Shown here: positions 28,101-42,758 of the stretch, one piece after another
How positions within the stretch are numbered: the stretch's first letter is position 1
Layout of the letters: every line of letters starts with the position of its first letter
Assembly (NCBI RefSeq): GCF_009914755.1
Contig: NC_060928.1
Direction: 5' to 3' (one strand)
DNA: 64,000 nt
DNA from: the human T2T-CHM13v2.0 reference genome, Homo sapiens
Notes under the pieces: generated by a model
Seen by the model: the letters and a program-made list of their open reading frames with translations, nothing else
Databases searched by the model: none
What the model was told of the DNA's origin: nothing
Made by a program: the position numbers and the translations under genes

Positions 28101-28801
28101 AAAACACTGATGAAAGAAATTGTAGATGACACAAACAAATGGAATAATATCTGATGCTGATGGGTTGGAAGAATCAATATCATTAAAATGTCCATATTGC
28201 ACAAAGCAGTCTACAGATTCAATGCAATTCCTATCAAAATGCCAGTGTCATTTTTCACAGAAGTAGGAAAAAACAACCCTAAATTTGGAAACCAAATGGA
28301 GCCCGAATAGCCAAAGCAATCCTAAGCAAAAAGAACAAATCTGGAGGCATTACATTGCTCCTCTTCAAATTATACCACAGGGCTATAATAACTAAAATAG
28401 CATGGCACTAGTACAAAAATAGACACATAGATCAATGGAACACAATAGAAAATCCAGAAATAAAGCCACACACCTACAACCAAATGATCTTCAACAGATT
28501 TGACAAAAATAAACAATGCGAAAAAGGGACTCTATTCACAAAATGGTGCTGGGGAAACTGGCTAGTCATAAACAGAAGGACAATACTGAACCCCTATCTT
28601 TCATCATATACAAAAATTAACTCAAGATGGATTAAAGACTTAAATGTAAGACCTTAAAGTATAAAAATTTTAGAAGAAAACACAGAAAATACTCTTCTGG
28701 ACATCAGTCTAAGTAAAGAATTTATGATCCTGACCCCAAAAGCAAATGCAATAAAACAAAAAATGATAATTGGAACCTAATTAAACTAAAGAATATGTGC
28801 A

Positions 28802-29097
28802 GGCCAGGCATGGCGGCTCACACCTCTAATCCCATCATTTTGGGAGGCCAAGGCAAGAGGATTACTTAAGGCCAGGAGTTCAAGATCAGCCTGGGCAACA
28901 TAATGAGACCCTATCTATAAAAAAAATTTAAAAATTAGCTAGGCATGGTGGCATGTGTCTGCAGTCCCAACTACTAAGGGGGCTGAGGTGAAAGGATCAC
29001 TGAGCCTAGGAGCTTGAGGCTGCAGTGGGCCAGCATCTCACCACTGCACTCCAGCCTGGGCAACAAAGTGAGACCCTGTCTCAAAAAAGAGAGAGAA
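28802..29097 (+). mobile_element. AluJ inside L1
   Basis: Alu dimer motifs. Confidence 0.9.
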
Positions 29098-29271
29098 TAA
29101 TATATACACAGCAAAAGAAGCTATCAACAGAGTAAACAGACAGCCTACAGAATGGGAGAAAATATTTGCAAAGCATATATTTGACAAAGGACTAATGTCC
29201 AGAATCAATAAGTAACTTAAACAAACCAACAAGAGAGAAAAAAAAAAAAAAAAACAGCTCCATTAAAACTA

Positions 29272-29580
<309 letters not shown>

Positions 29581-30631
29581 AAACTGGGCAAAGGACATGA
29601 ACAGACAATTCTCAAAAGAAGACTTACAAGCAGCCAACAAACATGCAAAATGCTGAATATCATTAATCATCAGAGAAATGCAAATTAAAACTACAGTGAG
29701 ATACCATCTCACACCAGTCAGAATGGCTATTATTAAAATGTCAAAAAAAAATAAATTTTGGCATGGATTTGGAGAAAAGGGAATGCTTATGCACTGTTGG
29801 TGAGAGTGTAAGTTAGTTAAATCTCTATGGAAAACAGTTTAGATATTCTCAAAAGACTAAAATTAGAAATATGATTTGGCTTAGCAATCCTATTACTGGG
29901 TATATATCCAAAGGAAAATAAACTATTCTACCAAAAAGACAACTGTAGTTGTATATTTATGATATACACTATTACATATGCACTATTTATGCTAGCAATG
30001 ACATGAATCAACCTAGATGCCCATCAATGGTAGATTGGATAAAAAAAGTGTGGTAGATATACACTATGGAAAACTACACAGCCATAAAAAGGCAAGTAGA
30101 ATGGATTATCCTTAGTGAATTAACACAAAAACAAAAACCAAATATTGCATATTCTCACTTATAAGCAGGAACTACTCATTGGGTACAACAGACATGAGGA
30201 TGGGAATGATAGACACTGGGGGCTCCAAAAACAGGGAGCCAGGGAGGGAGAAAGGATTGAAAAACTTCCTAATGGATACTATGCTTATTATTTGGGTGAT
30301 AGGATCAATAGAAGCCCAACTCTCAGCATCACACAACAGACAGTTGTAACAAATCTGCACATGTACCCCATGAATCTAAAATTAAATAATAAATAAATAA
30401 ATGTACTGCTGAAAGCTGTTGATGAAGACAAAAATCTTAAAGGCAGCCTGAGTGAAAAAAAATACAGGGGTACAAAGATAAGAATAACAACAGACTTCTT
30501 GTCAGAAACTATGTAAGCCAGAAGACATGGAACAGCAACCTTAAAGTACTGAAAAGGAAAATAACAAAAACAAAATAAAACCTGCCAACCTAGGACTGAT
30601 ACTAAATGAAAACGTCTTTCAAAATGAAGAT

Positions 30632-30760
30632 GAGCCAGGCATAGTGGCACACACCTGTAGCCCCAGCTACTTGGGAGGCTGAGGTTGGAGGACTGCTTGA
30701 GCCCAGGAGTGTGAGTCCAGCCTGAGCATAAAGTAAGACCTTGTCTCTTAAAGAAAACAA
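30632..30760 (+). mobile_element. Alu monomer (FLAM-like)
   Basis: Single left-arm-like monomer. Confidence 0.75.
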
Positions 30761-30953
30761 AATGGAGGAGAAATAAAGACATTTTTAGGGAATAAAAGCC
30801 AAGCCACCTTACTACCAGCAGACCCACCTTATAGAAAAGACATTAGAGGAAGTTTATCAGGCAAGAAGAAAATGATACCAGATGGAAATTTGGTTCTACA
30901 CAAAGAATAATGCCTCCCTGATCCAAGCAATGGTTAAAATAATGGGATATTAT

Positions 30954-31069
30954 TGAGATGGGGTCTGACTATATTGCCCAGGCTGATCTCAAACTCTTGG
31001 GCTCAAGCAATCCTCCACCTCAGCCTCCTGAGTAGCTATGATTACAGGTGCATGTCACTGTGCCTGGCT
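30954..31069 (-). mobile_element. Alu monomer (FLAM-like)
   Basis: TGAGATGGGGTCT...GCCCAGGCTGATCTCAAACTC...GTGCCTGGC. Confidence 0.75.
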
Positions 31070-31264
31070 GGAAATTCTTTTAAACCTAATTAAAGATGAT
31101 TGGCTAAAGCAAAAATAATAATGATTCATTGTAGTGTTTATAATACATGTAAAGTATTGCATAGGACAAAAATAGCACAAAAGATGATGGGAAATGGAAG
31201 AATATTGTTATCTTTTTTAATATTATGTGTGAAGCAATATTATATTATTTGAATGAATACTGTA

Positions 31265-31535
31265 TGGTGCCTCATGCCTGTAATCTTAGCACTTTGGGAG
31301 GCAGAGCTGGAAGGATTGCTTGAGCCTGGGAGTTGAAGACCAGCCTAGACAACAAAGTGAGACCCATCTCTACAAAAAATTAATAATTAGGCAGGTGTGC
31401 TTGTGCACACCCATAGTCCCATCTACTTGGGAGGTGGGAGGATAGCCTGAGCCCAGGAGTTTGAGGCTATAGTGAGCCATGATCTCACCACTGCACTCCA
31501 GCCTGGGCAACAGAGCAAGACCTTGTCTCAACAAA
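31265..31535 (+). mobile_element. AluJ SINE
   Basis: Diverged dimer. Confidence 0.88.
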
Positions 31536-32912
31536 AGTATATTGTAGGTCCTTGGAGAAACCAAGAAAAAAATAAAACAAAGAGCTAAAGCTAATAAACT
31601 AATAGTGGAGACAAAATGAAATACTAAATATAATTAAACCAGAAGAATGCAGGAAAATAGGCCAAAAAAGGAACAGGAAACAGATGGGAGAAATAGAAAA
31701 TAAATAATAAGATGGTAGATTTAAACCCAACCCTGCAATCCTACTTCTTAATTCACACAAAAACTCATAAGCAAATTTGTGTAAACTATAAACAAACATC
31801 AATCAACTGGTGAATGGATGAACAAAATGTGGGATAGTCATACAACGAAATACTACACAGCAATAAAAAGGAACAAACTACATATACACACAAGACAGGG
31901 ATGAATCTCAAAATTATTATGTGAAGGTAAAGAAGCCATCCACAAAACTCTATATGATTCCATTTACATGAAGTTGTAGAAAAGGCAAAACTATAGCAAC
32001 AGATAGATCAGCAGTCGCCAGAATCTGGGTGTGTGTGGATTAGGGAGAGAGGATTAACTACAAAGGGGCAATGAAGAAACCCTTTGGGGTGATGGAATTG
32101 TTCTATTTCTTTACTATGATGGGAGTTACACAGCTGTATACATTTGTCAAGACTCACTGAATTGTACATTTAAAATTACCCTTCAATAAAGCTGACATTA
32201 AAATGAATTAATGATTTGATAATCACATCTTTAAAAATAGCAAGTTGACATTATAAGTGAGCTAGTAAACACCCTTGAAATAAGACCCCAGTATGGGGAG
32301 ATGAAGGGTAACTCATTGGAAGAATGTGAGGGGAAAAAAATCAGTAGAATAGCCCATGTTCCAGGAATCCCAGGACTGAGTATATTAATAGAGACCCTAA
32401 TCCCTTCTCTATAGGAGTCTGTGAAAATGTCCTTGAGAGCTTTGGCTACTCCCTTATCTAAACAGAAAGAGTGACTTCATTACAGCCACTGTGCTAACTG
32501 ATTTCATGTTGAAGGCATCAGGTAATATGGCAAGTTGGAATACCCTTGTATTTGCTACCTAGTTCCAAAGAGCAAACAAACAGGCCTCATTGAGCTGATC
32601 AAGGCCAACTGGTTTGGGTCTGTAGCAGTCACTGGATTAGGGACAGATGACAAATGCTTTTGAGAGAGATGTGTATAAACCATTTTAGAGCCTGAGGCAG
32701 GGCATATCATACTACAAGTGGAGCTGTGTAAAGCATAGCTGGGAAAAGAAAGCAAACTTTAAACTAAGGAACAAGTCGGAGTTTATGTCAAATATAAAGT
32801 TAGAAGGGAGCTCTGAAGACACACTTGTCTTCTTGTAAGGCTCATGAAAGTGTTTAGAGGTTGGATAGTTTTAAAACCGGTAAAGCAGGTAAATGCAGTT
32901 GACTTTTCATTT

Positions 32913-33116
32913 TATCTGCTTTTATAGGATCTCTCATTTAACTTATTAAAATTCTTACTACCTTGTAATTGGTATATTAAATTTTAAAATAAGAGTAATT
33001 CATAAACAGGGTAACAATCCTATCTGTTTATATAACATCTCTCATTTAACTATTAATTCTTATTACCTTGTTATTGCTACATTAAGACATTTTTAAATGA
33101 AAGTGACACATGAACA
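32913..33116. repeat. Diverged two-copy tandem duplication, period about 108 bp
   Basis: TATCTG.TT.TATA..ATCTCTCATTTAAC...ATTCTTA.TACCTTGT.ATTG starts at both 32913 and 33021. Confidence 0.85.
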
Positions 33117-33319
33117 AAATTTTTAAAAGCTTGAACAGGCATTGAAATGTATAAAAAGGAAAAGTTAAAGCATCTCTGCCCAAACTTATCCCCCTTCTAG
33201 AAACATGAATAATATTAAAGTCTCATGACATTTGTATAAATATGATCTTTATGTTGCAGCTCCTAAAATTTTGACATTTCTTATTGAGTTTTTATATATA
33301 TTTATATCATCAGGCAGTA

Positions 33320-34500
33320 CTCTGCTTTTCTCTTAGAAACCTTTGCTCTCTCATTTGCCTTGACTGCTATCTATATTCCAGTAAATGACACCCCGTTCAT
33401 TCATATGCTCAAGGCCAAAATGTTGGGATCATTCCTGGCTCTTCTTTTTGTTTTAATTACTCTCTACACTTAAGCCATCAGCAACTCTTTTCAAATCCAC
33501 TCCCAAAATATTTGCAATATTCTACAGCTTCTTACCATATCTGATGCTACCACAGCTAGATCGGAGCCACCATCCCTCCCCTAACTGGTCTCTCTCACTC
33601 CACTTTTGCCTTTTAAAGCCTTCATATATGAAATTATGTCCTACTCCTGTCAAAAACCCTCTAATAACTTTCTGTTGCACTAGAGTGAAACTCAAGGACT
33701 TTTTCATAGTCTGCAAAGCCTGCAATCATCTAGTCTTTGTCTACTTCTCTGACTTCCAACTTCTCTCTAGTTCGTTTTAGCAAAACCTGCCTCTGTACTA
33801 TACTAAAAACAGCTTCAATACATTTGCTTCTCAAGATATTTTTTAGTTTTTGTTTGTTTTTTGCTTTTTATTCTGTCTGAAGTACTTTTCCTCAAATTTT
33901 TGTGAAGCTCACTCTTATATCACTCAGTAGTCTGCTTAAATGTCACCTCCTCAGAAAGCTCTTGCCCTAAAATATCATCTCATCCCATCACACCATTACT
34001 CATGATTCCCTTGCCATGCTTTATCAGTCTTTCTAGCATTTAGCATCACTCAAAAATAATGTACGTACGTGTTTTATTGCCTGTGATACACATCAAAATG
34101 TTAAGTTCCTGAGGGCAAAGACATTTTTTAAATCACCAGAGTCACATTCCTAAAACAGCGCTTGGGTTGTATGTGGTGGCTCATCCCCGTAGTCCCAGCA
34201 CTTTGGGAGGCAGAAGCCAGAGGATCATTTGAGCCCAGGAGTTTGAGACCTCGTCTCTACAGAAAGTTTAAAAATTAGCTGAGGATGGCAGCACGTGTCT
34301 GTAGTCCTAGCTACTTAGGTGGCTAAGGTGGGAGGATCACTTGAGCCTGGGAGGCAGAGGTTGCAGTGAGCCAAGATCGTACCACTGAACTTCAGCAGCC
34401 TGGGTGACAGGGTGAGACCCTATCTCAAGACAAATAAGCAAATAAAACAATGCCTGTCATAAAGCAGGTGCTTAATAAATATTTTTTGAATGAATGAAGC
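33320..34500 (+). mobile_element. L2 LINE 3' part, interrupted by an AluJ
   Basis: L2 motifs (AAATGTCACCTCCTCAGA; GTGCTTAATAAATATTTTTTGAATGAATGAA). Confidence 0.7.
34164..34445 (+). mobile_element. AluJ with internal deletion
   Basis: Alu motifs; flanks TAAAACA. Confidence 0.87.
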
Positions 34501-34770
34501 TTGAGCATCTCTAGCTATCTAGATAGTTTAATGAAGTGTTTCCTATCATTTGTTTTCCTATAATCCTTCTAGACCCTATTATGCTTAACTACCACTAGTC
34601 AAATGTTTGGAGATACCCATTGTTTTTCCCTAGCAGAGGCACAAAGAAAGAGCTAATCAGAAATAATTGGACTAGCTCCAGTACTGGTTTTTAAAATATT
34701 GCCAACAATCTAACACACTAGAATAGGTGCTTAATTGTGTATTGTAAAAACTTTGTCTCAATGTAGGTAA

Positions 34771-35178
<408 letters not shown>

Positions 35179-36551
35179 TGACAAGTATCTCCCAGTGGAA
35201 GGCTGGGCCCATGTGTATTAACCACACATTTGGTTGCTCCAGACAATATCATGGCTTTCATGAGACTTCAGGGCTGCAGCATTCTATATTAAGCGGGATC
35301 ACTCTGCTCCACTGGATCACTCTGATCTGCTGCTTCTGGAACACTGCCAAAGCTACAAACATCTTCAAAGCCCTTTTTAAAATTACAAGGTGAAACTATT
35401 TTCTCAGTGTTTATTCATGTTTTTCATGATATAAATGATGATCTTTCCTTAACTTCAGACATTATTGTTAATGGATTGTTTCAATCCATTTGCATCTGTA
35501 AGTATCCATCATACAACCCTTACAGAAAATTCTTAACCACTTTTTACATTCTCCAATGTAAGCAAATAAGATATGAGATTCAAAATCACCCTTAAGATAT
35601 CCCAGCTTTCTCCCAGGGCTATGTGACCATTTAATTCATTGCCCTGGCCCCATTATTTATTTGGCATGATGAAACCTAGTAATCAAGTAAAACAGCTAAT
35701 TAAGAAAAAAATGTTAATTTGTTCATGGTTTCCACTGAAATATAGACAATTTAAAAGAATTTAGGACTTCAGTTAAAATATCTGTAAGATTTGGGGTTAA
35801 CAAAAAATGTGTTGATTTGGATGTTGCTTGCAGGTTTCACACAATCAAGTGGTTCTCACTTAACAAGGAAGACAATATAAATTCCTACAAATATGGTAGT
35901 AATTTAATTCTAGCAATCACATCTTTACATATAATGCATAATATGCAATATTTTGAGGGGCTAGGACAGCAAGAATGGACACACCAAAGCTGAGTTGTAA
36001 ACTTTTGCCTTAAGTTTAAAGCATAATGAAATCTGCCTAAAATGGCAATCACAATGGTACTGGAAGGAAGCAAAGGTGACGCAGTTGAGAATTTATGGAG
36101 ATTATTCGTAACAGGTTTAAAACCTAATTTTAAAAAACCCAGCCTATTTTATTCATATACCTGTTATATCTGGAGACTTGTCAACTGATCCATGTCAAAA
36201 TTCATGCAATAAATAGGACTTATTAAAGCTAAGCTCTAATGTACTTATGCAGTACTCTCATTTGATGTGAGATTAGCTTGGATGTCTGCTTTAATCCTTC
36301 TTTCTCCTGGTTGTGGCCCATGCAGACCACTCCTTAAGCCAGAAAGTGTTCTGGGAGCTTGCTGAAACTGTGTGACAAAACTAGGGGCTTCCCTCTGAGC
36401 TAGGTACACAATAGGGACTCTATAAATCCTATTCTCTTTCATTTTATATGCCATATAATCCTATTTCTGAAGTGATGCTTGCATTCAAGTTTGGGTGCTG
36501 TATCGTATTGTCTTACAGTTGCTAGAAAGTGCCTTGAAATAAACAGAACAT

Positions 36552-36870
<319 letters not shown>

Positions 36871-37538
36871 ACCAGAGCAGATAGAAAAGTTTCTACCCTT
36901 GGGTATTTCTTTTGCCCCATATCTGTTATAGCTTTCATTAAGAACTTGTTTTTAACTTTCAAAGGAAATAGGGAAAAGTAGTGAGTAGTGGAATAAAAAG
37001 ATTCTTGGCAATGTTATTTTGAAGAACAAATAATTCCATACTAAAAATTCATCAAGTTTGGCCAAATAAATAGCTGCTTTCCACTATATAGCACATTACT
37101 TCTCTTTCAATAAGGTTCTGTTGTTTTTTTTATGTCAAGGGATTTCACAGTTTAGAGAGATTAAGTAGTGAGTCCTACTTGTAATTCTTGGACAGGCCCC
37201 AAAAAGAAGTAATCTGTCTGAAGGAAAAAGAAAAGTTTTGTTTTGTTGATCCATGATTGTATTTATTTAACATTTATTTAAGGATCTATGGGCAAATGTA
37301 AACATCACTTCTCTCCTTTTGTAAGTAAATGTAATTGCACTATATCCCCTCTTATTACTTCATTCCCTATTTTTATTTGCACTCTTAGGATAAATAAACA
37401 TCAAAAATATCATTTATCTCTTTGAATGTATAGAAATATAGACACCATTTTAAATACTTAGTTAGATGATATATGAAAATGGGAAAGAGAGGTTTGAAAT
37501 CTTTGGCTTTAACCCATAGACATAAAAGCCAAAGTGCT

Positions 37539-38326
37539 TGCTATGGTTTGAATGTGTCCTCTAAAACAGGGGTGCCCAACCCCCTAGCCGTTGATGGATG
37601 CCAATCAGAGACCTACTGGAGCCAGGCCGCAGAGCAGGAGGTAAGGGGAGGCCAGAGAGCATTACCATCTGAGCTCCGCCTCCTTTCAGATCAGCAGCAA
37701 CATTAGATTCTCACAGAAACACAATCCCTATTGTGAACTGAGCATGCAAAGGCTATAGGTTGCATGCTCCTTATGAGAATCTATCTAATGCCTGATGATC
37801 TGAGGTGGAACAGTTTCACTGGAAACCATCCCTTCCTCGGCCCCACCCCACCCCATCCCCACACCCTCCTCACCACTGCCCCACCTCAACCCTCGATGTT
37901 TGTGGAAAAATTATCTCCACGAAATGGGTCCCTGGTGCTAAAAAGGTTGGGGACTGCTCCTCTAAAAAGCATATTTTGGAAACTTAATCCCCAAAGCAAA
38001 AGTGTTGAAAGGCAGGACCTTTAAGAAATGATTAGGGCATGAGTGCTCTACCCTCATGAATGATTAGTGTCATTATCAAGGGACTGGGTTCATTATCCAG
38101 ACAGTAGATTTGTTATAACTGTGAGTTAGACCCTCTCTTGCTCTCTCTCTTTGCCCTTCCACTGTGGGGTGATGCAGCACAAAGGCCCTCAGAAGGCCCT
38201 CAGCAGATGTGGCCCCACTTCTTGGACTTCACAGCCTCCAGAACCATAAGCCAAATACATTTCTGTTTATTCTAAATGACCCAGTCTCAGGTATTCTGTT
38301 ACAGCAGTGGAAAATTGACTAAGACA
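37539..38326 (+). mobile_element. MaLR solo LTR (MST-like) with nested MER1B
   Basis: TGCTATGGTTTGAATGTGTCC...GACTAAGACA; perfect 5-bp TSD GTGCT. Confidence 0.9.
37567..37959. mobile_element. MER1B-like hAT-Charlie DNA transposon
   Basis: Termini CAGGGGTGCCCAACC ... GGTTGGGGACTGCTC; perfect 8-bp TSD CTCTAAAA (37559-66 / 37960-67). Confidence 0.9.
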
Positions 38327-38529
38327 GTGCTACAGTTGGAATCTGCAACACAGTAGTCAAAATGAAAGAGTTTGACTCTGAATGATTATAAGGTAAAGTG
38401 GTGGCTTCATTTTCCCACCTTTTCTCCAGTGTGAAAAGACAGAAGGAGAGATTACTCTTTGAATAAAGAAAACTATATTTTTCATGCATTTAAAAAATTT
38501 CCTAAATTCCTATAGCAATCAAACTCCAG

Positions 38530-38700
38530 CCACTGGTCAGGTAACCTTGGATAAATTAACTAATCTTCCTAAACTTCAGTGTTCTCATTTGTAAGTGTGA
38601 ATAAAATTTATAGCTACTTCATAGGCTTATTATGAGAATACACGTGTAAAACACCTAGCCTAGTGTATTGAACAGAGTAGGTGTACAATGAAGAGGACCA
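38530..38700 (+). mobile_element. MIR remnant
   Basis: ACCTTGGATAAATTAACTAATCTT..TAAACTTCAGT.TTCTCATTTGTAA core. Confidence 0.65.
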
Positions 38701-38769
38701 TTATTGTTTATTATTTCTCTTAAACCAGCTATGCGAAAGCTTATGTAGTTACCCTGAGAAACACATATG

Positions 38770-39070
38770 TTTGCTTATTACATAAATATTTAATGAATAC
38801 CTACTATGTATCCATCACTTCCTGATGCTGGGGACATATTAGTGAACAAGACGAACAAATTCTGCCTTCACAGTGCTTATGATCTGGAAGGTAAACTGAC
38901 ATTAAACAATAATTACTCAAATTACCATGTATTTACTAGCATAACAAGGGCTGTGAAGGAAAAGTGCAGATGCTATAAAAATATAAATACAGTGTGTGGA
39001 AGTAAGTTTTTCTGAAAAATCAGAGAAGGCTGCCACAGGGAAATGACATTTACACTAAGATCTAAGATCA
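38770..39070 (-). mobile_element. L2 remnant
   Basis: AAATATTTAATGAATACCTACTATGT...GCTGGGGACA...GTGAACAAGAC. Confidence 0.6.
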
Positions 39071-40121
39071 ACAAGACAAATGTGTAGGGGTGGCACTGAT
39101 GGAATACAGTGAAGTAATTAAAATGTGTAAATAAAACCATACAAAGGATCTCATTTTCCTGAAGACATTTTTATTTTTTGAAAATGGTAAGGGTTATTTG
39201 TAAAAATTTCTAAGGGTTCTTACAGATTGAAACTATTATAGGAGTTACTGAGTTGTTAGATTCAATATAAAAATTTTAAAAATTAATCTTACTGAACTTC
39301 AGCTTCAATGATGTAACTTACAACATGGAAATGGATAAGGTATTATTTTCTTTGGAGAGTTTTAAAAATTTGTTTATATTTTTAGGCATCATTGTGAAGT
39401 GGAAAGAGCATTGAATCACATGTCAGGAGATCTGGGTTCTATTTCTACCTGTTATTGGTTCAGTGGGAAACCATAGGCAAGGCATTTAAACCACAGTTCC
39501 CTGTTTTGTAAAAGAGGGTATTCCTTTCAACAGCCTGACTTACAGAAGCTAGGTAGAGGAGCACTGACAGCTTAGGTGACAATAGTGTGGATTGGGGTCA
39601 GACGGTTCCTGATACCTCATTCTTTCACCTAAATATTTGTTTGCTCTTCTTTTCTGGTTTTATGACAGGAAAAGGACCAGGAGTCTCGTTAAGATTGAAA
39701 GGAAAGAAAGGAAAAGATCAGTAACTTTTGTTGATGATAATGGGACAAATTAAAACCAAAATGAACAAACAACCAAAGCAAAGATGTATCATAATAAAAG
39801 CCTTAAAAATAGCCTTAAAATTGTAATCAGTTGTTATAACAACGTAGTGCAATAGCAAATTTACCAACAAATAACACCCAGAGTTTCTTCCTCATGTCAG
39901 TTAACTACTTGCAGGGTTTTCATTTGTTAGAAAGTAATATGCTAACCACTCAGATGTTTGTACTTACAACTTTTTCAATGGAAAAAGTATAAAGAATGAT
40001 AAGCACTGCACATATCTTCAATGTGTAGGCCACTCTGAGCTAAATATATCATGTTATGATATTGTCAGATAATTTTATTATCACTTTGTAGGTGGGCTCC
40101 ACAAAGAAAGTACTTTTCAAT

Positions 40122-41534
40122 TGACTTAGGCAAAGAATTCATGACTAAGACCCCAAAGCAAAGGCAACAAAAACATAAATAAATAAATGGGACCTAATTA
40201 AACTTAAAAGCTTCTGCACAACAAAAGAAATAATCAGCAGAGTAAACAGAGAACCCACAGAGTGTGAGAAAATCTTTGCAACCTACGCATCCAACAGAGG
40301 ACTAATACCCAGAATCTACAGGGAACTCAAACAAATCATCAAGCAAAAAACAAATAATCTCATCAAAAAATGGGCAAAGGACATGAATAGACAATTCTCA
40401 AAAGAAGATATACAAACAGCCAACAAACATATTTAAAAATGTTCAACATCATTAATTATCAGGGAAATGCAAGTTAAAACCACAATCAGATACCACCTTA
40501 CTTCTGCAAGAATGGCCATAATTAAAAAGTCAAAAAACACTAGATGTCGGCATGGATGTAGTGAAAAGAGAACAATTTTACACTGCTGATGAGAATGTAA
40601 ACTGGCACAACGACTATGAAAAACAGTATGGAGATTCCTTAAAGAACTAAAAGTAGATCTACCATTTGATCCAGGAATTGCACTACTGGGTAGCTACCCA
40701 AAGGCAAGAAGTTATTATATGAAAAAGATACATGCACATGCATGTTTATAGCAGCACAATTCACAGTTGCAAAGATATGGAACCAACCTAAGTGCCCATC
40801 AACCAACAAGTGGTTAAAGAAAATGTGATATGCATATATATATACACACACACCATGGAATACTACTCAGCCACAAAAACGAATGAAATAATTTCTTTTG
40901 CAGCAACCTGGATAGAGCTGGAGGCCATTATTCTATGTGAAGTAACTCAGGAATGGAAAACCAAATATCGTACGTTCTCACTTATAAGTGGAAGCTAAGC
41001 TATTAGGATTCAAAGGCATAAGAATGATATAATGGACTTGGGGACTCGGGGAGCGGGGAGAGATTGGGGGGTAAGGAATGAAAAATTACTTATTGAGTAC
41101 AGTGTACACTGCTCAGGTGAGGGGTTCATCAAAATCTCAGAAATCACCACTAAAGAATTTATCCATGTAACCAGGCTGGGCACAGCGGCTCACGCCTGTA
41201 ATCCCAACACTTTGGGAGGCCAAGGGGGGCAGATCATTTGAGGTCAGGAGTTTGAGACAAGCCTGGCCAACACGGTGAGACCCCTATCTCTACTAAAAAT
41301 CCAAAAATTAGTTGGGCATGATGGCACATGCCTGTAGTCCCAGCTACTCAGGAGGTAGGAGAATCACTTGAACCAGGAGATGGAGGTTGCAGTGAGCCAA
41401 GATTGTGCCGCTGCACTCCAGCCTTGGCGGCAGAATGAGACTCCATCTCAAAAAAAAAGAACTTATCCATATAACCAAAACCACCTTTAAACCCAAAAAC
41501 TGTTAAAATAAACATAAAAATTTAATTATAAAAG
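40122..41534 (+). mobile_element. 5'-truncated L1PB-type element with an Alu in its 3'UTR
   Basis: ORF2 C-terminus (YYSATKTNEIISFAATWIELEAIIL...FSLISGS); 3'UTR AAAATCTCAGAAATCACCACTAAAGAA; TSD AAGTACTTTTCAAT / AAGTACTTGTCAAT. Confidence 0.92.
41174..41458 (+). mobile_element. AluS inside L1
   Basis: TSD AGAATTTATCCATGTAACCA / AGAACTTATCCATATAACCA. Confidence 0.93.
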
Positions 41535-41586
41535 AAGGAAGTACTTGTCAATCCATAATGATAGTTATTATGTAGATAAGAAAACA

Positions 41587-41954
41587 GGCCCAGCAGGGTG
41601 GCTTACACCTGTAATCTCAACACTTTGGGAGGCCAAGGTGGAAGAACTGGAAGGATGTCCTGAGTCCAGGAGTTTGAGACCAGCTTGCACAAGGTAGAGA
41701 GAACTAGTATCTACCAAAAAAAAAAAAAAAAAGAAAAAAAAAGAAAAGAAAAAAAATTAGCTGGACAGGATGGCCATACCTGTAATCTCAGCTATTAGGC
41801 AGAAGAGTGAGGGGTTAGGGAAAGGATATTAAGATTGGAGGATCTCTTTGAGCTCAGGAGATTAGGGCTGCAGTAGCTGTGATATCACCACTGTGCTCCA
41901 GTCTGGGTGACAGAGCAAGACCCTATATCAATCAATCAATCAATCAATCAATCA
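41587..41954 (+). mobile_element. Diverged AluJ with expanded middle A-tract and (TCAA)n tail
   Basis: Alu motifs; about 40-nt A-rich linker at 41716-41756; (TCAA)n at 41927-41954. Confidence 0.85.
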
Positions 41955-41989
41955 AACAGGTAAATCAGAATTAAAAAATAGAAGATTGC

Positions 41990-42389
41990 TATCTGAGTCT
42001 ATTTTGTGCTGCTTTTAACATATAATTTTTATATATAAAATATAATAACATCTAAGACTGAGTAATTTATACTGAACAGATACTTATTTGGCTCACAGTT
42101 CTGGAGGCTGAGAACTCTAAGACTGAGGGGCCAGATCTGGTGAGAGTCTTCTTGCTGCATCATTGCAGGCTGAAGGCAGAAGGGCAAGAGAGCTCACGAG
42201 AGAAAGAGAAGGGAAGGGGATAGTGCTCATCTTTTTATCAGGAACCCAGTCCCTTGATAACGACATTAATTCATTCGTAAGAGAAGAGCCCTCATGACTT
42301 AATCATCTCTTAAGTTCCACCTCTCAACACTGCTGCATTGGGCATTGTTTCAATATTTGGACTTTGGAGTACACATTGAAACCACAGCA
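41990..42389 (-). mobile_element. MaLR LTR (MST/MLT1A-like)
   Basis: TTATTTGGCTCACAGTTCTGGAGGCTG...CCCTCATGAC.TAATCA.CTCTTAA...AACCACAGCA. Confidence 0.8.
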
Positions 42390-42758
42390 ATTACCTTAGA
42401 GTTTGTGGAACTAACCCGTGGATTTTTTTAACTTCAAAGCTAAAAAGTGGATTATTTTTGGTGAGATTATTTATCTCCAACATTATACTTTGTAAATAAG
42501 ATAACCAAATGTCATTATTTCAGAGATGTTACTAATACCTAAATGCTACAGCAAGAAAATTTCTTCTGCATCCCAGCGAGTCTGTCACTACATAGTCTTC
42601 CAGTCAACTGTCTTGGAACAGACAAGCAGAAGAGGAAGCTATTCTTTACAAATGCGAGAATCAAAATGCGTTGGCAATCAATAAGGGTATAATAAAATGA
42701 CCTCTAATATTATTCCTTTGGATAAAATTAATTTTTAAGAATTTGTGTCTGTAGAGAG

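Noticed and set aside
30288-30827. 179-aa minus-strand ORF
   Set aside because: Patchwork of antisense L1 and Alu monomer sequence with no gene context.
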